From: Amoebidium appalachense
Taxonomy: Eukaryota > Protista > Ichthyosporea
Length of the DNA: 64,000 nucleotides
Direction of reading: 5' to 3'
Assembly (NCBI GenBank): GCA_963693365.1
Contig: CAVNZM010000002.1
Span: 8,715,059 to 8,779,058 of the forward strand
Shown: piece by piece, positions 40,571 through 64,000 of the stretch
Layout of the letters: every line of letters begins with the position of its first letter
How positions within the stretch are numbered: position 1 is the first letter of the stretch
Made by a program: the position numbers and the translations under genes
The notes under the pieces: model-generated
The model's database searches: none
Seen by the model: only the letters and a program-made list of their open reading frames with translations
Told to the model about the DNA's origin: nothing

Positions 40571-40879
40571 CTGGCAATCCTATCCACGATGTGTGCGCAA
40601 GGGATGTTTCCAAGGGTCTCTATATATATGGAGTGCAAGCAGTATGTATCATGGAGGCCTTGGATGTTTCCAACAGACATCGAAAGATATTCACAGCGGA
40701 GTTTAGGGGGGAATGAAATTCTCCAAGGCAAGGAGGGTGTCGGTAGGGGATTTAGAGTAGCTGCGTGCGCTTGGGGGTGGGATGGGTGGGTGGATCAAGT
40801 TGATGGGCCTGGGGTGGGTGAAGGGTGCATTGATTTGGGAGGGGCGGGCGGGGGGGGGGGGGGGGGGGGGGGGGGGGTG

Positions 40880-41088
40880 TTGAATGCGTCAAAAAGTACG
40901 AAGTACACAAGAACAAACGGATAACACGATGCAGAATGCAAGCCATACATAAAGAGTATGCATAATAAGCAGAGCCCATCCTCAGGGGGGGCCCACGTCA
41001 TCCACAGTACCCGAGTTTCGACCTATTCCCCTCGTTAACGAAACCCAACTCAGATACTGTTTCACTTGAACATGAGTAGGTCACCCGT
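40880..41088. repeat. 209-bp dispersed repeat, copy B
   Basis: Same sequence and orientation as 9147-9355, also preceded by a G tract. Confidence 0.92.
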
Positions 41089-41358
41089 CTTGATCAGAGA
41101 CGAGCAGGGTTGCTTATGCAGGCAAGGGCAGTGGGAAAGGCCGGGGGTTAAAGTTGCAGCAGTAAGCAGAAGCAAGAAAAATATGGGGGGGGGGGGGGGG
41201 GGGAAGGGGGGAGGGGATGTCCTGGCGAAAATACAACCAGGCCGTGTTTCGTACACGTGAAAAACACCACAGATATGTATTACTGTACACCATGTCCACC
41301 CATGCAATACACACACAGAACGGTACTGACAATAACCCCCCCTCCCCCTCCTCCCCCC

Positions 41359-41393
<35 letters not shown>

Positions 41394-43002
41394 CCCCCCT
41401 CCCCAACACACACAGACACACACACAGACACTTAACCACCACTCCCCCGCCCATAGGAATTTCCAAAATCATATACTGCAATTACACACACGCACATATT
41501 CATTGAAAAGCACAAGCCTCTATAGATACCAAGCACAATCACAAGCACACACAGACGCAAAGAAGCACACGAGACCGACACTGAAAACCCCCTGCTACAC
41601 ACGCGTGCGCGTGCGCACACACGCACTCACTCACACACCAGCACACACCAACACAGCGAGAACAGAAGTGCCACAGCCACCCAACACGCAGTCCTTTGCC
41701 CTCCATCAACTTTCCCACCTCCCCTTCCACCCCGCCTCTTGCATTCTCCTTCCCCCTACCCCTCCTTCCTCCCTCTCCCCAACCCCAATCATTTGGCCCA
41801 CCCACTCACCCATTCCACACAGCCTCCAGACAGATGCCGACGGTTCATGATGTTCGCAATCCGGTGGGTGCACAAAACATTTTGAGAGCAAGACACTGTA
41901 GCATTACGTGTAAGGAAACCCACGATTCTGGTACGTCCTTAGTGTGCCCTCTAACTGCCGTAAGGTCAATTGGAATCTGGCTTCTCATCGTTTCTCCCCA
42001 AAAAGGGCTTCCTCAACATGGCTGCTATCATGCATGACTTTAGCATGATTCATAGCCTAATAGCCCACAGCAGTAATACCCGCCAAGGCTCTGCTACTCT
42101 ATGTACTAGAAGAAGTCGGTGTTACACAAGACGTTTATTACAACGGTAGAAAAAACATCGGCCGTGGAGGCGCTCCTTTCTGCTTGCGCATTCTCTTTTC
42201 TTCCTTTTCTTCAAGCTTTCTTCAACCCACGCTCAGACGTGGCAGTCGCTGAAAACATTGAATTTATTCTGTTTTTCCAAACGATAGTGATTAGTCGTTT
42301 CCTCTTCTCGGCCTGTTTTGGTTATTCAAAGAAGTCCAAATGATTAGGCACCAATAGAGAGAGTCAACTTGTTGCCGACTCAGGACTCAGGCCCTCAGGG
42401 CACTGCAGCACGCCGCGCGGCCGGCATTTTCCGTGCCATCATTGATATCATTGATATGCTGATATTTGCTGGACAAGAAAAAGGGTAATAACGATTCATT
42501 ATAGTACTACTGAAAGCAATATATAGTTTTTCTACTTGTTTATACATAAACAGAAACGATGACGTCGATCATCAATATAAGATACACTGTGTTGACCCTC
42601 TTGGTATAGCAGCTGCTAAGCTTCCAGAGTACCCAATTAAACACTACCTGTACTCGCTCTCTGTTGCCGTATGCCCAAAAAGAGCTGCCATAAAAGGCAA
42701 ACCCATGCTGTTAGGAGCACCAATCAGCGACGTTTGTCATTCTTTGCTCCAAAAAAAAACCTCCTGCACTTCGTCAAACGGTTTTTTTTTCCTCACCGTG
42801 ACAGAGGGAGCTACTGTGTAGCAGCACTGCATGTTGCTATAGTTAGATTTTTCGTGACCCAAGGTTCATATTCTATTGAGTTCTTTTTGTTTTTTCATCC
42901 GCTATTAGATTTAGTCTCAAAGCACACCACCTTTGCACTCTTTCCCCGCAGTTGCACCCGTCTCCTTTGATCTTCTAGTTTTCCGTTAGCCCTGTCTTCG
43001 AA

Positions 43003-44490
43003 ATGTCAGTCTTTCTTCCCAACGCGGACCTCGTCGCCGACGGCTCGGCCGGCGAGCGAAACCAAGCGATAGCATCCAGAGAACGAACCAGGCTTGGCCA
43101 TGCTGCTGCCCTAAACATCGACAGTCAACCGACTGAACTCCGCCGCACTTCCATCATTTGCACGGTGGGGCCAAAAACGAATGATGTCAAAATGATTGCG
43201 GCCATGCGAGATGCTGGTATGGAGATCATGCGGTTGAATTTCTCCTACGAGACACATGAGTTCCACGCAAAGGCAGTGGCAAATCTGCACGAGTCGCTGC
43301 GCCTGAAGCCGGGTCCCCCCGTTGCCATTGCAGTCGATACACACGGGGCAACCATCCGAACGGGAAAAATGGCAGACAAGGAAGTGAATATCGAAGTGGG
43401 AGACAAGCTGACCATTCACACAGACCCATCCTGGGCTGCAAAGGGAACAAAGACGGACATCTTTTGCGACCATCCCTCTCTCACGGAGAACATCTACGTT
43501 GGGAGCGAGGTGTTCATTGACGACGGGAAACTGCGTTTTGAAGTGACGGCGGTGCAGGGGGAGGCCGTGCAAGTTGTTTGCCGTTCCGGTGGACCCCTGG
43601 GTGACCGTCGTGGCATGAATTTCCCCGGTGTCATTCTTGAACTTCCATCCATCACTGATAAGGACAAGGCTGACATTCTTTGGGGAGTCGAGAATGGTGT
43701 AGACTTCATCTTTGCGTCGTTTGTGCGTCAGGCGGCTGATGTGGCTGCTGTTCGGAGGGTGCTTGGCGAGAAGGGCAAGAATATCAAGGTGATTGCAAAG
43801 ATCGAAAACGGGACCGGTGTCCAGAACATCAGGCAGATTGCAGCCGAATCCGACGGGATCATGGTCGGCCGTGGTGACTTGGGCATCGAGCTGCACCCTG
43901 AGAAGGTTTTTGTGGCGCAAAAGATGATTTGTGCCGTGTGCAACGAAATCGGCATCCCCGTCATTTGTGCCGCGCAAATGCTGGAGAGCATGACGATCAA
44001 CCCACGCCCCACTCGTGCAGAGGTAAGGGTGGGCAAGGCACTTGCTTGTTTGCTTATGTTTGTGGGTGTATACTCTCACGTATTTTTGCACGGGAATACC
44101 TGCAACTACACATGGTTGTGTGTGCAGTGGTTTGCAGCCAGTGTTGCACTTGGTGGTGGGTGTTTCTGATGTAGGGAACAGCAGACACATTCCTCCTTTT
44201 AGGTTTCCCCATGCTGTGAGGGCCGTCTCTTTGTCCTTGTTTTGTTTGCAGCCGGAGGGTATGCCTGGGGAGGGTGGAGAAGGGTGGGAGGTTGGGGCGG
44301 GGAATTGGCGGAGATTTTGGTCCCGAAGGGGGGAGGAGGGGGGGCACCCGGAGTTGTGCTCGTAAGCCCAGGGTCAAGGGTTGAAGGTTACACATCTAAC
44401 GGACTTTCGGGGGGGAGGGGGGAGGGGGGAGGGGGGGGGGGGAAGGGAGAGAGGCTGGGTGATTGGTGGTGGTGGTGGTGGGGTGGGGAG

Positions 44491-44521
<31 letters not shown>

Positions 44522-45319
44522 AGGGGGCACCTCATTTAATTAAGGCAAACGGTGGGGATAGAGGGGTCGGGGAGGTCAGGGAGAGGTTGTGTGTGTGTGT
44601 TGATGGGGAGGGAGGGAGGGGGGGGGGGGGGGGGGGAGGGCGGGAAGGGGAAGAAGCAACCTTCTCCCATTCACGTGAAGAACACCTAACACATGTCTTT
44701 TGTTGCTGCAGGTGAGCGATGTTGCCAACGCTGTTCTTGACGGGTTCGACTCTGTGATGCTTTCCGGTGAAACAGCGAGGGGTGCGTACCCCATTGAGAC
44801 GGTTAAGATGATGGCTAAGGTGGCTTTGGAAGCAGAGGCTGCATTCATCTACAGAGCAAACTTTGAGGAGGTGAAGACCGTGCAAGGTATGGAAACATTG
44901 AGTTTTTGGCTGCATGTTTTGGGTTCGTCTTTTGGGTTTATACCTGCACGTTTGTGTATGTGTACCCTCTCGTCCCCCCCCCCCCCCCCCCCCCCCCCCT
45001 CTCTCCCCTCCTTCCCCCCCCCCCCCTCGCCCTCCACACACCCACGTACCCACACACACACACACCACTTGCGTTCCCGGCCTGCTTTGTGCTGGTTTTT
45101 CATACTCTGAAGTGTCCCCCCCCCCCCCCCCCCCCCCCCCCACCCTTCCCTCCCCTCCCCCCTCCCCCCCTGCGCCTTATTCACCATTTAATATTTCTTT
45201 CTTGTGGTCACACATCGTTTCACATCAGCCCTATTTCTGCTATTTGTAAGTTTACACACACGAACACACACCCATCCACACCCACACCCACCCACCCACA
45301 CACACCCTCTCTCTCTCTC

Positions 45320-45354
<35 letters not shown>

Positions 45355-45689
45355 CTCCCTCCCCCCTCCCTCCCGCTCTCTCTCTCTCTCTCTCTATTCC
45401 TCCCCCCCACCCCTCCACCCACCCATCCATCCCTCCATCCCTCCCTCCCCCCAATCCCTCTCTATCTTTCTCTCCCCCCCCCCCCCCCCCCCCCCCACTC
45501 AATCCGTCTCTCTCTCCCTCGCGTACTCCCCCTCCCCCCCCTCTCCCCCCACCGCTATCCCCCTCTCTTGACAAAGGAACGTTTCGGCTTTATGTGGGAT
45601 AATGTGGACACTCATGCCTATCTACGCCCTGCACAATACTCTCCTACATGTCGCTTTGTTCTCCGTTCCGTTTAAGAAGCCTCCAACCC

Positions 45690-45720
<31 letters not shown>

Positions 45721-45880
45721 TTGCCCCCCGTTCCCCTTCCCCCACCCCCCCTCCCTCCCCCTCTTCCCCTCCCCACCCCCTTCTCCTCCCTGGCACACAC
45801 CATCACTCTGTCCTGCTAGTACCCACCATTTTGGATCCCCCACCTGTTGCTAGACTTCACCCTCTCTCGTTCTCCCTCTT

Positions 45881-45932
<52 letters not shown>

Positions 45933-46430
45933 CCTGCCTCCTTCCCGCCCGTCCACCCCATCCCAACCACGCACCCACCCAAATATTCATTTAGTTTACC
46001 GTCTTCTGTTAATTGCAATTTGCATGACTTTCCCGTGTTCCTTACATCTTCCAAACAAACCCCCCCCCCCCCCAAACACATACGAACGTGCTCTGCGCCT
46101 CGACCATTGCACTTTTCATCCCTGGTAAAAACTCCGTTCGCTCATGCATTTTCTCAGAGGATCTCTCCCAGGGGAAAAAGGGGGGGGGGGGGGGGGGGAG
46201 GGGGGGGGGGGCAAGCAAATCGTGTGCGCACAGACACGCATAGATGAGGTGCCCTGTGTTCTTTCTCTGGTTTCGGTTTTGCATTTTATTACACCCCCGT
46301 GTCTTTGTTTCACATTTTAGCGCTTCATGCTTTGTATACCGAATTCCCCCCCCCCCCCCCCCCCCCTTCCTCCCTGCTCCCTACCCTCCAAAACTTATAC
46401 GCACGCACACGCCACACACACACACACTCG

Positions 46431-46471
<41 letters not shown>

Positions 46472-46597
46472 TCAACACAAACAACCCCCTTCCCCTCCCC
46501 CCCTGTTCTCCCTCCCTCCCCCCCTCCCCCCCTTCCCCCTGCCCCACCCACCCACACACACACACACATTCCCACGTACACACACACATTCCCATGT

Positions 46598-46628
<31 letters not shown>

Positions 46629-47011
46629 GTCTCAACCCCAACGAGATCATAGCTCTTGCTGCCGTTGAAGAGGCCTACTCGTCCAAGGCCGGATGCATCG
46701 TCGTACTTACCGCCTCTGGATCCACTGCCCGCCTGGTGTCTAAATATCGCCCCCGGTGCCCGATTTTGGTCGTCACAAAAGACCCCCAAGTTGCAAGGCA
46801 GGTGCAGCTGAGCAGGGGGGTCTATCCGCTAATTTACACGGAGAAACAGGCCGAGATATTCCAGGATGAGTTGGATAGACGTATTTATTGGGCGCTGGGT
46901 GAGGCGGTGAAGGCGGGATATCTTCGCAAGGGGGATGCGGTGGTTGCTACGCAGGGATGGCGTGATACTGCTGGAGCTACAAACACTGTGCGTGTGTTGG
47001 TGGTGCCCTGA
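43003..47011 (+). CDS. Pyruvate kinase family protein (divergent), 3 exons, ~526 aa
   Basis: Exons 43003-44022, 44712-44886, 46626-47011 (in phase, 1581 nt). Motifs: [74 protein letters not shown]. Confidence 0.95.
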
Positions 47012-47450
47012 TTATATTGATGGGCTATTTTCGTGTAGTTATGTTTTCCCCCCAATTTTTTGGACAGAATTATAGTCTAAGTAAGAGAGAAAAAAGGGAA
47101 CGTGTTGGATTGGGGGTTTTCCAATCGGACTATTTGATGATTTGAGAGGCCTTACTGTTGCAGGTTATGTGCATTTAAAATTTTGTAGTGAGTGGGGGCA
47201 TTGATTGTACATGTATGCCGATTCCACACACAGTATATACTGGGCATTCATTGATTTAATAGATGGAAATCGTGATAGAATTCGTGACTGTGATGGAATC
47301 ATGACCGGATAGAATTAGTTTTGGGAAAAGGAAAGGACGACAGGTGCGTTCTATTGTGCTTTGATGATTATTTGGACTTCTCTGGTCTTCATAAAGTGTC
47401 TACTCTCATTGAAACTTTATATAGACATCTCCCATGCTATACTGTTTGAA

Positions 47451-47493
<43 letters not shown>

Positions 47494-47682
47494 GGCCCGC
47501 CCGCCCTCTCGGACACGCACACACACAACACACACACACACACACACACACAGTGCACCGTGCACCGTGCTTCCAAGGACTGACCGACCCTTCCCCTTAG
47601 TTCTTCCTGACCAAGCCTATTTCGAACGACGTTGGTTCTAATTCTCTCCTTTTGTGTGTCTGTCTTGTCTGCCTGTGTGTGT

Positions 47683-47762
<80 letters not shown>

Positions 47763-48345
47763 GTGTGCTGGTGTGTGTGTGGTCACGGTGATGTTGTTGC
47801 ATAATTGTTGTTGTGGTGGTGGTGGTGAGAGCTAGCCTACTGGAGGGTGTGGGTGTGTGTATGGGTAGGTGGGGGGGTGGTTGGGGGGGGGGGGGGGGGG
47901 GGGGGTAAGGATCGATTTTACGGAGTACGAAGCAGGCATTCACGGCGGACAATCTCAAAACAACCAAATTGTGCAAAAACGGGACTTTATGAACACACAA
48001 GCTGTGTGCGTCGATCACAATTACATAGAACCCATCTTCGAGCTCAGGCCCGGAGGCCCAAGTCATCCCTGCAGTGCCAAGGGAAGCGGGCGTGTAGGTA
48101 GGAAGGGTGTGTGTGTAGTGTACACACGTGTGTGGGTGGGTGGGTTTTTTTTTTTTTTTTTTTTTTGGGGGGGGGGGGGGGGCTACGTCTGCAAGATCTG
48201 ATGAATTAGAGTGGTCAGCTGGTTAAATTCAATCAAATCATAGTGCCTGTTCGAAAGTCATGTACCTAAGAAAAATGTAAATACTATGATAATCTGGAAC
48301 ACCTGGCCGACACAATGAACATGGATTCAGCAACCAAAAGGTCGC

Positions 48346-48665
48346 ATATCCAACGATTATCTCTTAAGTTACTTACGCAAATCCAGGATTGTCTCTACAG
48401 ATTTATAAACCCCCCAAAATTTCAAAGGATATCCAAGGATTGTCTCTATGTACAAATTTACCAAACCCCATCATTTCCATTTCACTAATAAATTCCAGGA
48501 TATCCAATGATTACCTCTACACAATTACAATATACATGGATCGTCTCTACACATGTGCACTGATGACATGGCAATAAATCAGGCTAAAAATTATTTCTAC
48601 AGATTAATACATCAAAGGATTATCTCCACACATTTACACAAACTCACGGATTATCTACACCCGTT
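48346..48665. repeat. Degenerate repeat of an (ATCCA)AGGATTRTCTCTACA motif, ~8 copies
   Basis: Motif variants at ~48348, 48381, 48431, 48502, 48538, 48589, 48616, 48648 with irregular spacing. Confidence 0.6.
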
Positions 48666-48859
48666 TGATGACAAGTCAGCCCGACTCATATAGTAGCTGC
48701 AGTACCCATCCCATTCACCTTGGCCATCGCAGTTTTAACTCGTTTGAATAGGTCAGTATTTTATAGATGGCATGTCACGGTGCTTGTGCTATCCTTATCA
48801 CTTCAAATTTGGGTTAGAACTAATAACACTTGTGCATCCATAAGTGGTCATTTTTTCCT

Positions 48860-60128
<11,269 letters not shown>

Positions 60129-60730
60129 ATGGCTCACACCTACCTTTCATCACTCAACTCGTTCATCACCACCCCACTAGATGACCTGCTAACATACCCA
60201 CACTGCGGGGACACTGAACCCCACATTGCTGTTTCTGCCGCCGAGTCTTTAGCGCAAGAGGCGATAAGCGAAGTTCCTGCTTACAAGAAGCATGTTGGTG
60301 ATGCGGCGGTGGGAGGTGGAGACATGGCTACAAAGGAGGTAAGGCCTAGGTGTCACTTTTAGCTTTTGTTGTTGTCCGACTTTCTTCTCAAGTTGTCCCT
60401 ACAAAAACGCACTATCGTGCACAGTTGGCATTACTGAAATGAATCCGACATGTGGACGTCGGTTGGTTCCCTTCCCTCGCGCCTCGCCACTCCCCCTCCC
60501 CCCAAAACATACACGTGTACTTTCTTTTCATCGCTCTTGGCCTCTCTACAACACTCTTGCCCAAGGGCTCAGTTTCCCCCCCTCGATCGTGTCCCCCGCC
60601 CTCTCCTCCTCCCCCCCCCCCCCCCCGGCCCCTACCCTCCCGCGCCCCCACACACACCGACCCAGGCCACACCACCGCTCTCCCACCTACCTCTCTTGTG
60701 TCCTGGCTTTTTCAAAACACAGGCACAGAA

Positions 60731-60761
<31 letters not shown>

Positions 60762-61108
60762 ATCTCCCCCCGAAATTCCCTTTCCAAATTCTCTGCCATT
60801 TTTTATTTAGCTTGCTCCACTTCTACCCCTCTTCCTTCTACCACCACCAGGACCAGCCGCTTATGCGCACATGCGCAAACACACACAAGGAGAGGGAGGT
60901 GGGGGGGGGGGGGGGGGGGGAGAGGGAGAGGGGGAGAGAGAGGGGGGAGGGAGGGGGGGGGGGGGGAGGGGGGGAATAAGAGATAGAGAAGAGGGGAGAG
61001 GGAAGGGGGCGGTGGGTGGGTGGGGGGGGGGGGGGGACAAGAGGGAGAGTGAGAGAAGAGAGAGAGGGGGCGGGCGAGAGAGGAAAGAGTGTGAGATGTG
61101 ACAGGGGA

Positions 61109-61151
<43 letters not shown>

Positions 61152-62885
61152 ACACAGAACCCTTTGTCTATCTCTTATTTATTGCATTCTCTCTCATTCT
61201 TTGCCAGAGAATGAAACAATTTAGCTCAAATCTGTGATGAATCAATAGTTCTACACATGCACAGCCCCCCCCCCCCCCCCCCTTCTTCCACACACACACA
61301 CACACACACACAGAAACACAGAAACGCACAGAAGCACCAAAGAATGAACCATAACGTTTCCCCTCTCTGCATGCAGGGAAAAATCCCCTTCAAGTCCCTC
61401 CCAATCACCAGTAAGCCCAACTACATAACAGTCCACCCTATTTCAGACCGGTCATGGGGGGGTTCAATCTATTCTTCGGATTTCATGCATTTCAGCTCGG
61501 GGTCGTCCGGAGAGCCAACATTCTGGGGTCGCGGGCCGGAGGACGAAATTTCAATCGCGGTGCGATTTGAGCAAATTTTCAGGGATAACTTTTCAACTCA
61601 CACCACGCCCACCCTTGCAATTATATGTTTTCCTTTGGGTGGATGGGTGGGGGGGCTTTTCACCACCCTCTGCGTGAGATATCTCTCCCATAAAGGGTAC
61701 ATGGTAACACTAGTGACGCCGGGGAACAAAATGGACGAAATCCTCAAATTTGCGTCGCAAATCGGACCAAAGTTTAAGCAAACGGTGCTTTTAGGCTACC
61801 CCCCGTTCGTGAAGGGGGTAATCGACGCGGGCGTGGCTGCCGGGATCACCTGGCGGAATCTCAACGTGCGATTGGTTCTTGCAGGGGAGGTATTCTCTGA
61901 ACGATGGCGAGATTTGGTGTGCGAGAGAACGGGTATAATCCCAAATTCGGAAGAGGCCTTGAAAGCCGTTGTATCCATATATGGAACAGCAGACGCCGGG
62001 GTCCTTGCGTGCGAAACTGTGCTGTCGGTACGGCTACGCCGGTGGCTCAACCAAAACGTAAATGTCGCGAGGGAACTTTTTCGCCGTGATCGGCTACCCA
62101 CAATCGCACAGTACGATCCGTGCTCCCGATTGCTCGAGATCCACCCAGATGATCAGACATTGGTTATCACTTCGCTACCGGGAGTCAGGGAAATGCACGG
62201 AAATTCTGGAAATTTGCAACGGGAAAACGAAATTGTTGGGGAAAAGGAACGAAGAGGTGCACCTGTGATCCGTTACTGCATCGGAGATGCCGGAGGGGTG
62301 ATGTCGTTTGACAATATGATGAAATTTGCGACCGAGCGGGGGTTTTTGCTCACACAGGATGAAAAATCGATGCTCGAAGACGGCAAGAGTGCATGTGTGG
62401 GTGAAAATGGGTCTGTTGTAGTGCGGCACCTACCGTTTGTGTGGGTTTTTGGGCGCGCATTTTGGATGGTGTCGCTCTATGGGGCCAACGTGTATGTGGA
62501 AAACATCATGTCCGGACTTGAACACCCCCAGGTGCGAAAATTCGTAACGGGGAGATTCGTGTTGCGGGTGGAGGAGTTGAAAGACATGGAGGAAATTTTG
62601 TGTGTGAGGGTCGAACTTGCAGAGGGGGTCTATGAGAGAAGAGACGGGACAGGCAGTGGCGTTGAGGAGGGAAATGTGGAGATGGGGAAAGATTTGGGGT
62701 CTGTTGTGGTTGGGGGGGTCGATTGGGGGATTGAAATTGCAAAGATTGTAAGGGCGGAACTGGTTAGGGTGAATAGTGAATACACAAATTACGTTCCTGC
62801 CGAGAGACAAACCCCCCTTGTGAAGTTGTATCGGTTCGGAGACCCGTGCTACTTTCCGATTGGGGTCAAGCATAAGTATACATAA
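60129..62885 (+). CDS. Phenylacetate-CoA ligase (PaaK/ANL adenylate-forming) family protein, 2 exons, ~572 aa
   Basis: Exons 60129-60338 (donor gtaagg) and 61377-62885 (after catgcag), phase 0. Motifs: VPAYK, LPITSKPNY, P-loop SSGSSGEPTFW, LLGYPPF, LAGEVFSE, YGTADAG, PVIRYCIGDAG, VFGR, YGANVYVENI, YFPIGVKHKYT. Confidence 0.88.
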
Positions 62886-63630
62886 TTGTGATGTTGTGTC
62901 TGTGTGGGTTTTGAACTAGTCACATGTAGCTCTTCACCTTTGTGTGGTTAAGTAGATGTGTACAGTACGTGTAGTATGCGGATGGGGAATATGTGTGGAA
63001 ATCATAAACGTGCAGCAATTATTGATATGCTGTGCTGCCGCTTGGCTGTGGGTCGTTTCTATCTTTCTCTCTCCTTTTTTTTTTGTGTGTGTGTGTGTGT
63101 AGAGTTTCTGGTGTAAATCTTGTGCATGGATCTATGTGCGCGAGATGTCATTTTTACCCACGGTTTGAAATTGTAGAGCCTGTGTGGGTATAGTACATAA
63201 AATTTCGTTTTGTTGTTCAACTTGGTGATGTTTTTGTTGATGTGCTGTGTGTACAGCATAGTTACTGTAAGTTGTGTGGGTCGGTGGGTAGGTGCTGCTG
63301 GTGGTGATAATGTGTGTGCATGTGTTCGCCGGGGGGAGGGGGGGGGGGGGGAGGGGGGAGGGGGGGATGTTTAGAGAAGGGTTAGAAGGGATTTGACAGG
63401 GTCAGCTTGGCATGACGATCATCGAAAGTGTGTCTTGGCCCTTGGTTGGTTAGTTAGTAGAACTCAAAATGGGGACGTATAAGAAAGGGTTGAACTCGGA
63501 GCGAGCGACGCACCACACACACAGTGTCACAAACACACTGGGCCCCTCCCCGAACGAGACGTTGACTCTTGACAGACTGATCATGAGGTTAAATCTCCGT
63601 ACCCCCCTCCGCCCCCCCTTTCCCGATCTC

Positions 63631-63663
<33 letters not shown>

Positions 63664-63875
63664 TTTCGCCCGGGGGACCGCCGCGTCACCCAATTTACAC
63701 ACCCACAATGTCGTCACTTCATGTGTAAACAAGCACGTGGCACTGCACAAATGTATTGTTTTATACATGATCATACGATAACTTTAGTATATTAGTGGAA
63801 TCAGCCGGCGCCCAAACCTAAAATCACATCCCCACGTGTGCGTAAATTTGTGTGTGTACAGTGTGTGTGTGTGAC

Positions 63876-63952
<77 letters not shown>

Positions 63953-64000
63953 CAGTGGGTGTGTGCGTGTGCGTGTGTGCGTGTGTACATCATGTTTGTG

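Noticed and set aside
39400-42350. Possible additional spliced gene upstream of PK
   Set aside because: Scattered AG/GT-bounded segments could not be joined into a coherent, recognisable frame.
43111-44190. 359-aa antisense ORF over PK exon 1 (likewise 20393-21082 and others)
   Set aside because: Shadow ORFs of real coding strands with no independent motifs.
47905-48085. Exon-like non-repetitive stretch between PK and GNAT
   Set aside because: Open on both strands, but with no recognisable motif and no partner exons; both neighbouring genes already have stops.
48197-48260. Hammerhead-like CTGATGA...GAAA
   Set aside because: The required stems I-III could not be formed.

Overview
Eukaryotic genomic DNA: spliceosomal GT-AG introns, with introns and intergenic DNA packed with poly-G/poly-C tracts and (CA)n/(GA)n microsatellites. 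The style suggests a unicellular opisthokont or holozoan protist, but that is inference only. Almost all ORFs in the supplied track are low-complexity artefacts. Genes reconstructed by hand: 9-exon proteasome lid subunit PSMD13/Rpn9 (-), head-to-head with a 3-exon DUF455 ferritin-like gene (+); an intronless TPR+MYND-finger gene broken by a 41-bp tandem duplication, plus an inverted truncated pseudo-copy; two tandem intronless bacterial-type HCCA-isomerase/GST-kappa genes with mitochondrial-type presequences; an intronless secreted FN3-like + ricin-B-like glycoprotein; a 3-exon pyruvate kinase with several active-site substitutions; and a head-to-head pair of a multi-exon glycine-N-acyltransferase-like GNAT (-) and a bacterial-type phenylacetate-CoA-ligase-family gene (+). 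That pair is the best candidate for an undescribed system (activate-then-conjugate of an aromatic or other carboxylic acid). Also present: several non-autonomous TIR/foldback elements, an identical 209-bp dispersed repeat, palindromic GCAGA-N5-TCTGC arrays, a 29-bp minisatellite, and tandem duplications of the PSMD13 stop/poly(A) region and of one of its splice acceptors.
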